The notes beneath the pieces are model-generated. The model was not told the DNA's origin. It saw only the letters and a list, made by a program, of their open reading frames with translations, and did no database searches. The position numbers were made by a program, and so were the translations under genes. A stretch of 64,000 nt of DNA from a virus, in IMG/VR virus record IMGVR_UViG_3300023178_001963; one strand, given 5' to 3'. Below are positions 21,992-29,595 of the stretch, piece after piece. Within the stretch, counting starts at the first letter, position 1. Every line of letters starts with the position of its first letter.

Positions 21992-22001
21992 AGGTGAACA
22001 T

Positions 22002-23798
22002 TTGTTAAAAATTAAGAATATTACTATACGTAATTTTATGAGCGTAGGTAATGTAACACAGGCTATTGACTTACAACGTGATAATCTAACTCTTGTTCTA
22101 GGTAATAACTTAGATTTGGGAGGTGATGGATCACGTAATGGTACAGGTAAGACAACACTTATCAATGCTTTATCGTATGGATTGTACGGTAACGCACTAA
22201 CAAACATCAAAAAAGATAATCTAATTAACAAAACTAATAGTAAAGGTATGTTAGTAACTGTTGATTTTGAATATAATGGAAGTGAATTTAGAATTGAACG
22301 TGGTCGTAGACCTAACGTTTTTAGATTAATACGTGATGGAGTAGATGTAAATGAATCACAAGATGAAGCACAAGGTGAAATGCGTCAAACACAGGTGGAA
22401 GTTGACTCTATTATTGGTATTTCACATGGTATGTTTAAACATATTGTTGCGCTGAATACGTATACAGAACCTTTCTTGTCAATGAGAGCTGGTGATCAAC
22501 GTGAAATTATTGAAGAATTATTAGGTATTACTGAGTTATCTCGCAAAGCAGATAAACTAAAAGACGATATCAAAGACACGAAAGAACAAATGAAAGAAGA
22601 AGAATATCGATTAAAATCTATCGAAGAGGCTAATCAACGTATTCTTAAATCTATCAAGGATATTGAACGTAGACAACGTATCTGGTCAGAGAAACATGAA
22701 AAAGAATTATCAGATTTAGAGTCTGGTTTAGATTCTTTATCTCACATTGATATTGATACTGAAATAAAAAATCAATCATTGTTATCAGAATACAACGAAA
22801 AGAAAACACGTTTAGACGAAGCAGTAAAATGGATTAACAGTATTGATACTGAGAATATCAAACAACACAAAGTAATAGAAAAACTAGATGCTGAAATTTT
22901 AATGCTGAAAGAACACAAGTGTTATGCTTGTGGTCAGGAAATGCATGACAGTAAACAAGAAAGTATACTTGCTTCTAAAGAAGAACAAAAACTAGAAGCA
23001 GCTAAAACACTGGAAGAAAATAATGTAAGATATAAAGAGTATACTAGTGTAATAGATGATATCGGTGATTTAGGAGATAAACCTGAAGTATTCTACAATT
23101 CTTTACAAGATGCGTATGAACATCAAAATTCTGTAAGAATGTTACAAGAACAAATCGATAGTAAAAGAAAAACAGAAGACCCTTATTCAGAACAAATCAA
23201 AGATATGCGTGACAGTTCACTAGAAGAACTAGACTACACAACTATGAATAGTCTATCGTCTTATAAAGACCATCAGGAGTTCTTACTAAAGTTACTTACA
23301 AATAAAGATAGTTTCATACGTAAGAAAATTATCGATCAAAACTTATCTTATTTGAACAACCGTTTAGATTTCTACTTAGAAAAGTTAGGTCTACCACACG
23401 AAGTCAAATTCCAATCTGATTTGTCAGTTGAAATTACCGAACTTGGACGTGACTTAGACTTTGATAACTTATCACGTGGAGAACGTAACAGACTTATTCT
23501 TGGACTTTCATGGGCATTCCGTGATATTTTTGAATCACTTTATTCGACAATCAATGTTATGTTTGTTGACGAACTTATTGACAGCGGTATGGATTCAAAT
23601 GGAGTTGAAGCATCACTAGCAGTTCTTAAGAAGATGGTACGTGATAGAGGACGTTCACTGTTCTTGGTATCACACCGTGAAGAACTTCAAGGTCGAGTAA
23701 GTGATGTGCTAAATGTTATAAAAGAAAACGGCTTTACTACTTTCACACAAGAAGAAGAAATGGTAGAACCTGGTGTAGAACTGGAAACTGTAATATGA
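22002..23798 (+). CDS. gp46: Recombination ATPase subunit (Rad50/SbcC, gp46)
   Basis: Walker A 'NGTGKTT', zinc hook 'CYAC', signature 'LSRGE' and Walker B 'FVDE'. Confidence 0.95.
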   Translation: MLKIKNITIRNFMSVGNVTQAIDLQRDNLTLVLGNNLDLGGDGSRNGTGKTTLINALSYGLYGNALTNIKKDNLINKTNSKGMLVTVDFEYNGSEFRIERGRRPNVFRLIRDGVDVNESQDEAQGEMRQTQVEVDSIIGISHGMFKHIVALNTYTEPFLSMRAGDQREIIEELLGITELSRKADKLKDDIKDTKEQMKEEEYRLKSIEEANQRILKSIKDIERRQRIWSEKHEKELSDLESGLDSLSHIDIDTEIKNQSLLSEYNEKKTRLDEAVKWINSIDTENIKQHKVIEKLDAEILMLKEHKCYACGQEMHDSKQESILASKEEQKLEAAKTLEENNVRYKEYTSVIDDIGDLGDKPEVFYNSLQDAYEHQNSVRMLQEQIDSKRKTEDPYSEQIKDMRDSSLEELDYTTMNSLSSYKDHQEFLLKLLTNKDSFIRKKIIDQNLSYLNNRLDFYLEKLGLPHEVKFQSDLSVEITELGRDLDFDNLSRGERNRLILGLSWAFRDIFESLYSTINVMFVDELIDSGMDSNGVEASLAVLKKMVRDRGRSLFLVSHREELQGRVSDVLNVIKENGFTTFTQEEEMVEPGVELETVI

Positions 23799-24115
23799 CA
23801 AAAGAAATTTATACATTAAAAAAATGGAAAACTAAGTGGTGGGACGCAGAAGAAGCGTACATTGAATGGTGTTCTGATTTTGATAGAGCAGATGAAAATG
23901 ACGAAGTAAAAGAACTTATGGAAGACTTCATAGCAGATAAAGCGTTTATAGAAACATGCAGTTTAGATAAAAATGATAATCTTGTTGTTATCCGTGAATG
24001 GAACGATGACAGTGATTATATGAGATATGATATGTTATCAGAGTTTCCAATGATGACCATTAAAGATGAACTAGAAACACTAGGTTGGGAAATAGAAAAA
24101 GAAAAAGACGATTAG
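23795..24115 (+). CDS. Hypothetical acidic protein
   Basis: ATGA overlap with the gp46 stop. Confidence 0.65.
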   Translation: MTKEIYTLKKWKTKWWDAEEAYIEWCSDFDRADENDEVKELMEDFIADKAFIETCSLDKNDNLVVIREWNDDSDYMRYDMLSEFPMMTIKDELETLGWEIEKEKDD

Positions 24116-24118
24116 TAC

Positions 24119-24147
24119 TTGACATTATTAACGAATCGTACTATATA
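24119..24147 (+). promoter_or_regulatory. Probable sigma70-type promoter with CGAATCG in the spacer
   Basis: TTGACA at 24119; the -10 region is imperfect (TATATA). Confidence 0.5.
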
Positions 24148-24177
24148 TAAGATATCAGAAACATTAAGGAAAGTAAA

Positions 24178-24432
24178 ATGTCAGAAGAACCATTTAAAGT
24201 ATATAAAGCACACAAGATGCTAGACTGGATTGAGGGTCATGTCACGGAATGGGCATATGGTTTGATCCAAGAACATTTTGGTGTAGAAAGCCCAAGCGAA
24301 CTTAGCCGGGAACAACTAGACGAAGTTATCTCAGAGTGGGAAGAAATGTGCGATTATGACGGCATGCTTGCTCTAGGTTTCCGTAATGCTATTGGTGAAT
24401 GGGAAAACGAAAATGATGAATATTTAATTTAA
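24178..24432 (+). CDS. Hypothetical acidic protein
   Basis: AAGGA RBS; 84-aa ORF with its own candidate promoter. Confidence 0.7.
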   Translation: MSEEPFKVYKAHKMLDWIEGHVTEWAYGLIQEHFGVESPSELSREQLDEVISEWEEMCDYDGMLALGFRNAIGEWENENDEYLI

Positions 24433-24439
24433 AAAAGTG

Positions 24440-24468
24440 TTGACAAGCGAATCATAATATGCTATAGT
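24440..24468 (+). promoter_or_regulatory. sigma70 promoter (extended -10) for the candidate sRNA
   Basis: TTGACA-17 bp-TATAGT with TGn and an A-tract upstream; CGAATCA in the spacer. Confidence 0.8.
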
Positions 24469-24474
24469 AATATT

Positions 24475-24587
24475 ATATAAGGAAGTTAGTGTCTCCTCTC
24501 ACCTCTCTCATCACTACTAGCTTCTTTATAGTTTCAACACAGAGCATGAAACTAACCCGGTGCAGTCATGCATCGGGTTTTTCTTTT
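24475..24587 (+). ncRNA. Candidate small regulatory RNA (~110 nt) with C/U-rich anti-SD loop
   Basis: Promoter, then a 15-bp stem (24476-90/24516-30) with a 25-nt loop, a second hairpin (24531-52), and a terminator hairpin (24555-78) with U tract. Confidence 0.65.
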
Positions 24588-24602
24588 AAATGGAGTTTAA
24601 TA

Positions 24603-24779
24603 ATGAGCATTACACGGGCACAATCACCAAAGTTAGAAAAAGAACGTGAGGAAGCAGATAAAGCTATAAAAGAATTTCTAAAAAAAGGTGGTAAAATTAA
24701 AAAGATACCAGACGGTGTACACACCGAAGCGAAAGATATGAAGTACAAATATCGTAGAGGTGCTAAAAAGAAAGAATAA
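24603..24779 (+). CDS. SutA-like RNA-polymerase-binding small protein
   Basis: GGAG RBS before ATG 24603. 'EREEADKAIKEFLKKGGKIKKIP' resembles the SutA conserved segment (..EEFL.RGGKVQEI). Confidence 0.6.
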   Translation: MSITRAQSPKLEKEREEADKAIKEFLKKGGKIKKIPDGVHTEAKDMKYKYRRGAKKKE

Positions 24780-24790
24780 TAAATACTTGT

Positions 24791-25027
24791 ATGACAACAA
24801 GTAAATTCTTAGAATGGGCGCAATTATTCACAGGATGTACTGCGGCACTTATAGTGTCCGCTAATTTAGGAGACACATGGGTTTTTTGGGCTATGTGTCT
24901 TTTCTTTATTAAAGACAGTATGATGGGAGTGTTTGCATATATCAACAGCTATCCAGGTATTGTAATGTCTAGTGCGATATATGTACCTATAGATGCTCTA
25001 GGCATCTACAGATGGTGGTTATTTTAA
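24791..25027 (+). CDS. Small membrane protein (about 3 TM segments)
   Basis: Hydrophobic 78-aa ORF ending 'LGIYRWW'; TAAATA immediately upstream. Confidence 0.65.
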   Translation: MTTSKFLEWAQLFTGCTAALIVSANLGDTWVFWAMCLFFIKDSMMGVFAYINSYPGIVMSSAIYVPIDALGIYRWWLF

Positions 25028-25554
25028 TTAGTACCTTTAATTGATTTACTTTCTACTTCCTCAGAACACTTATTCCAAAACAATTCAGCTCCCAGGAACC
25101 ACCACTTACCGTGATGTCTACTTTGATACTCAACACCCGGTTGTACAAACATGCCGCTGTGAAACTCTTTATCCTGTATCATTACATATTCACCCTTGCG
25201 TGTGATTTTAATGAACAAAATGTTCAAATCCTTTTCTTCGGCAACTTCCATTGTTTGGTCTATCCAAGACTCTAGTTGTGCTACAGGGTTACCAGTAATA
25301 ATTTGATGAAATGGTAGGTCCGCATAATTCTTGCATTCACAGTTAAAGTAAGTCCAGTTATCAGGTGGAATAATATCACCTTTAAAACTTCTCACTTGTC
25401 CCTCACTTAGCGTTATAGTTCGGTAGTTATTACTTCCTCCGATATATGCTCCGCTATTAGGTACTCGTACAAAAGAACCGCCATATTTCTCACTAAGGAA
25501 CTTAGCCATTTGTCTTTCATAACTACTTCCTTTTGTTTTACTTTTACTTGCCAT
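25024..25554 (-). CDS. Holliday junction resolvase-like PD-(D/E)xK nuclease
   Basis: 'SKTKGSSYERQMAKFL..F.RVPNSGA..GDII..ECKNY'. Confidence 0.8.
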   Translation of the reverse strand: MASKSKTKGSSYERQMAKFLSEKYGGSFVRVPNSGAYIGGSNNYRTITLSEGQVRSFKGDIIPPDNWTYFNCECKNYADLPFHQIITGNPVAQLESWIDQTMEVAEEKDLNILFIKITRKGEYVMIQDKEFHSGMFVQPGVEYQSRHHGKWWFLGAELFWNKCSEEVESKSIKGTN

Positions 25555-25564
25555 TTCTTATCTC

Positions 25565-26135
25565 ACTTAAAAGGTCTAAAGACCTAAAACTCTCATAAAT
25601 CTCATATCGCTTTCGCTCAATCGATTTATTCGGTTTTTATTTTATAAAGATATTATATCTTTAATTACTTGCCTGCGGCTAAGCCACAATTGCCCCAATG
25701 CTGGGACAACTGCGGAAAAGCTAAAACTTGCCATAGCTTCATCGCCTCTGTTTTAGAGCTAGTAGCCAGTAACTACGGGGTCGGTTGGCGATTCCCCCTT
25801 CACTCAGTATTGCTCCTTTCGGACCAACGGCACCTCATGATATCCTAAACAGACAAAATATCATGTAAGTTGATAGTATTATAGTAATCTATCAGCGGTT
25901 ATATATTTATAAACTGGTCAACCACAGCCTTTGGAGCCGCGGTCGTTTTGAATTCTGAACACTCTTTTGTGGTTACGAGAAGAATAAGGGAGTTCGTCCC
26001 CTCTAATCTGACAGCAGATCCTCACCTGCAATCTCAATCCCGAGTCGGCAACCCGACCAACAGATCCACTATGTATGATTTATTATTAGCCATTGTCTTT
26101 GCCTTTAGTTGCCTATATTAGTTGTGTTTTTTGTA
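25565..26135 (-). ncRNA. Candidate large structured ncRNA (about 0.5-0.55 kb; ends uncertain)
   Basis: ORF-free gap with about 10 hairpins. Imperfect positions are G-U on the minus strand, there are GAAA tetraloops, and GC is raised. Confidence 0.6.
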
Positions 26136-26141
26136 TTAGCC

Positions 26142-26381
26142 TTAGAGTATTGGCATTCCTGCTTTTTTACTCATTTCAAAATTATCTTCTATTATATCAT
26201 TAATATGGTTTATATGTTCAGCTGGCATATCATATAGATGTTCTATATTGACGCCACCTCTCATATACCAAGATAACTTTAACATATTCTTATGAAACTT
26301 GTCAAGCTCTTTTTCAAATTTTTTTGATTTTTCTGCTATATCTTGCTGACTTGCAGTTAGGAGCCAGCGGTGGAAAAATTT
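26142..26381 (-). CDS. gp51-like hub assembly segment, probably reached by a -1 frameshift (or a 47-aa ORF from ATG 26285)
   Basis: Hand translation: (K)FFHRWLLTASQQDIAEKSKKFEKELDKFHKNMLKLSWYMRGGVNIEHLYDMPAEHINHINDIIEDNFEMSKKAGMPIL*. Missing from the ORF track. Confidence 0.7.
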   Translation of the reverse strand, partial: KFFHRWLLTASQQDIAEKSKKFEKELDKFHKNMLKLSWYMRGGVNIEHLYDMPAEHINHINDIIEDNFEMSKKAGMPIL

Positions 26382-27190
26382 ACAGGATTCATCTCCATTT
26401 CTACGACATCCTCATGTTCGCATTCTGGACACTTGAAGTTCATAGTTGTTGCTTGTCTTGGTCCAACAACTAGTTTAGTTACAGCTTCATTTATTTTTTG
26501 TACAAATGTACTTGGTACATTTGCTAAAAACTCACTTATCTCTTGTTGGTCAGTAACTTCAAAATCTGGTCCCTCTACTTTTCCAATAGTATTTGTTAAC
26601 AAGTCTACGTTGTGTTCAGCTATTTTTTTAAAACTAGCGTAAAACTTTTTTGATATTTCTAAATCTTCCGTATCGTCATTTATATCAGTTAAGTTTTTAA
26701 TCATTCGTTTCTGTTCTAATTCTATTAACGACATTCTTGTTATATTTTCAACTGTTGGCGGTCTGACATGAATCTTTAAGTCCTCATATTCAATCGGATC
26801 GATATATTCTATCTCAGGAAATCTATTCAGCATATAATTTACATCAACAGAAAAACTGCTTATCTCTTCGCATTTGGAACACTTGTGTTCATGTGTGATA
26901 TCATCGCCATATGTAGCATATTGTATTGCTAAAAATAATGCCTCTACATCTATGTTACACATTTTTTTAGGTTCTGGTATATCGGGACAACAACTTCTAA
27001 TAACACTTACAATAGCTTCACCGTTTAATAACGCATCTGGGTTTTTTAATGTTATTTCGTCTAGTGCTGTCATTGGTAAAACGCCGACTTCATCCAAAAC
27101 AGTGGTTTCCATTTCAGGATTAAATTTACCACCTGTTGGTAGTTTTATATAAATTTTTGGCTTCCTGAAGTATTTGTTTAGTTGATTCAT
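26357..27190 (-). CDS. gp26: Baseplate hub assembly protein (T4 gp26-like)
   Basis: 'YIKLPTGG', 'D.EALFLAIQYATYG' and two CxxC pairs. A GAGG RBS favours the start at 27190 (MNQLNKYF). Confidence 0.78.
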   Translation of the reverse strand: MNQLNKYFRKPKIYIKLPTGGKFNPEMETTVLDEVGVLPMTALDEITLKNPDALLNGEAIVSVIRSCCPDIPEPKKMCNIDVEALFLAIQYATYGDDITHEHKCSKCEEISSFSVDVNYMLNRFPEIEYIDPIEYEDLKIHVRPPTVENITRMSLIELEQKRMIKNLTDINDDTEDLEISKKFYASFKKIAEHNVDLLTNTIGKVEGPDFEVTDQQEISEFLANVPSTFVQKINEAVTKLVVGPRQATTMNFKCPECEHEDVVEMEMNPVNFSTAGS

Positions 27191-27293
27191 TTTGATAACC
27201 TCATTGTGTGATAAATACACTATAATATATATTTATTATATTTGTATTTAACTTAATAATTATATACGAATATAACTCAAAAGAGAGGTAAGT

Positions 27294-29543
27294 ATGGCAG
27301 ATAGTACATATATTGAAGGTTTAGGTCCTGGGGTCCCACAGTGGGCAAATGAATCTACACAGAAAATGGTATTACAAGCATTAACTAACGGCTTGTCACA
27401 GAATACCGCGGCTAATAAACAAATACTGTCAATGCTTACTAGAATAGCTAATGGCGATAAAGTTGAACAAGGGCATCTCAGAGGTGCTATAAACGAACTT
27501 AAGAAGATTGGCGGCACTGTTAAGGCACAGGCAAGCCAAGATAGACAAACTAAAACTATAGAAACAAAACAACTGGGTTTAATGTCACAGTTGTTAACAT
27601 TAAATCAACAGCAAACTAGTATAGCAAGAGCTTCATTAAATGTTCAAAAACGTTCACAAGAACTACAAAAAGAAGGTTATTCTGAAACAATCGCAAATAT
27701 GAAAGCACAGTATGAAAAACTTGGAGAACAATCAGGTGTAATTGGTGAGATTTTTGGTAAAGTCACATCCGCATTGGGTGCTGTGGCGGGCGCAGTAAAT
27801 GCTGTAACACAATATACTGAAGGACAAGCAAGAGAGAGATTTAGCTTTGCGCAAGAAATAAGACAATCTGGTCTTATGGCTGGAATGGATGCATTAAGTT
27901 CAGGTTTAATAGGCCTATCTGAAACTGCTCACAGAACTTCATTTACTTTAGGTGAAGCAGCCGAATTCACAAGAAAGTTTTCACAGGCAGTTGGAGTTCG
28001 TGGCGTAGAAGCATCTTTGAGTTTTGCCAACGAATTAGCACATTCAGAAGGCGCCAATTTTATGAATAGATTTGGTCTACAGTTTGGAGAAGTAACTGAA
28101 TTAGCAGGAACATACTTAGAATCTGTACGTTCTATGGGACAATTAGATAAAATATCAAATGATGATTTACGTTCGGGCGCTGAAGAATTCATGTCTACTG
28201 TAGTTGCAACTTCAAACGTTATGAAAATAAACTTACAAGAATCAGCAGCTATGATTGCGCAGACATTAGGTAGAAATGATATAGGTTCTTTATTAGCCAC
28301 ACTAGATAGTAGATCAAGACAAAATGCTGAAGCAGTTGTAGGTATGGCGGGTGGTATGGATTCCATACTAGGTGAAGCACTAGCTATGAGACTAGCAGCT
28401 GGATCAAACCAAGCATTTGTGCAAACGGATCAATATGCTTCATTATTGGCTGATCCTATCACAGCAGCACTTCTTCCAATAGTTGATCAATTGGCAGCGG
28501 CCACTGAGACTGGTGGAACTGCTGGATTTCAAACAGCATTAGCTAATATCGGTCCTGCTTTAGATGCCGTTGTTGCTCGTGGCGCAGATTCCCGTTCTTT
28601 ACTGTTAACAGATACTGGAACCTCACAACGAGCAGTTGCTGAAGCAGCAAGATTAAGGCAAACATCAGGTGATGCTAATGCAGGATTTGTTGGTTTAACG
28701 TCAGACGATACGGCTATACTAACAGGGTTAGAAGTCGAAAGAGCGACAGTAGTTGCTATGGAAGGTATGAATACTGCTGTTTTAAAACAGGCAGATTTAG
28801 CTACTACATTAGGTGGACTATATGATGCCCAGGCTGCGTTAAGTATTTCTTTACAAAAACTTGTCAGTGAGACTATAACACCACTCTCCACCACAATCAA
28901 AGGAGCAATTAATCTACAAACTGCAGCAGTTGAAGGAGCAGCACTGACTGCTGGTGGTGTTGCAAATCTTGCTGATTTATTCAATGGTAATACTACTGCT
29001 ATTGTTGGTAATACGGAACAATTACAAAGACTAAGAAACGTATTAGAATCTAATGCAATTGTGGCTTTACAAGAACAACAAAACCAAGCAGCACGTGAAA
29101 ATGTTATCCCAATGCAGGAAAATCTACAAAGAACAAATGAAACACTTAAAGAATTCGCTGATAGAATAGGTGTAGATGTAAAAGACCTAACACAGGAAAT
29201 GATCGCTGAAAATGCTACGTTTGTGGAAAAATTTGTCACTGGATATGCGAAACGATTAGAAATGGCACTAAGATTGCGTGATGAAACACTTGAACCAATG
29301 ATTGAAAGAGGTCAAACTGAAATTGGAGTATTAGATGCTAAAAATGTAACTCTTATGGTTGAAGAAATGTTAAAGAGAAGTAATAATACAGAATCATCTC
29401 TATCTGGTAACATAGCTCAGTTGACGGATGAAATATCTAAAATGAAAAAAGATGGTGTTACTTCAGACGAGAGTAGACAAATAGAAATAATGACATCACT
29501 GATATCAGAAATAAGATCAATGATAGTACAATTACAGAGATAA
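27294..29543 (+). CDS. Probable tape measure protein
   Basis: 749 aa, Ala/Gln/Leu-rich helical composition; lies between the hub assembly genes and the portal. Confidence 0.6.
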   Translation: MADSTYIEGLGPGVPQWANESTQKMVLQALTNGLSQNTAANKQILSMLTRIANGDKVEQGHLRGAINELKKIGGTVKAQASQDRQTKTIETKQLGLMSQLLTLNQQQTSIARASLNVQKRSQELQKEGYSETIANMKAQYEKLGEQSGVIGEIFGKVTSALGAVAGAVNAVTQYTEGQARERFSFAQEIRQSGLMAGMDALSSGLIGLSETAHRTSFTLGEAAEFTRKFSQAVGVRGVEASLSFANELAHSEGANFMNRFGLQFGEVTELAGTYLESVRSMGQLDKISNDDLRSGAEEFMSTVVATSNVMKINLQESAAMIAQTLGRNDIGSLLATLDSRSRQNAEAVVGMAGGMDSILGEALAMRLAAGSNQAFVQTDQYASLLADPITAALLPIVDQLAAATETGGTAGFQTALANIGPALDAVVARGADSRSLLLTDTGTSQRAVAEAARLRQTSGDANAGFVGLTSDDTAILTGLEVERATVVAMEGMNTAVLKQADLATTLGGLYDAQAALSISLQKLVSETITPLSTTIKGAINLQTAAVEGAALTAGGVANLADLFNGNTTAIVGNTEQLQRLRNVLESNAIVALQEQQNQAARENVIPMQENLQRTNETLKEFADRIGVDVKDLTQEMIAENATFVEKFVTGYAKRLEMALRLRDETLEPMIERGQTEIGVLDAKNVTLMVEEMLKRSNNTESSLSGNIAQLTDEISKMKKDGVTSDESRQIEIMTSLISEIRSMIVQLQR

Positions 29544-29546
29544 TTA

Positions 29547-29575
29547 TTGACATGTGACTTTTTACATGTTATACT
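29547..29575 (+). promoter_or_regulatory. sigma70 promoter upstream of portal, overlapped by an ACATGT-N8-ACATGT inverted repeat
   Basis: TTGACA-17 bp-TATACT with TGn. Confidence 0.7.
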
Positions 29576-29595
29576 AAACTTTATAGGAAGTAAAG

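Noticed and set aside
24489-24602. N-terminal extension of the 96-aa ORF 24489..24779
   Set aside because: It runs through the sRNA hairpins and terminator. The GGAG RBS before ATG 24603 marks the more likely start.
26034-26093. 19-codon minus-strand ORF MANNKSYIVDLLVGLPTRD at the 5' end of the candidate large RNA
   Set aside because: Short, weak RBS and overlapping predicted helices. It cannot be supported, although a leader peptide is not excluded.
25565-26135. tmRNA, RNase P RNA, group I/II intron or tRNA identity for the structured gap
   Set aside because: No tRNA-like acceptor or T arm, no GAGGAAAGUCC, no recognisable catalytic core, and no interrupted gene flanks it.
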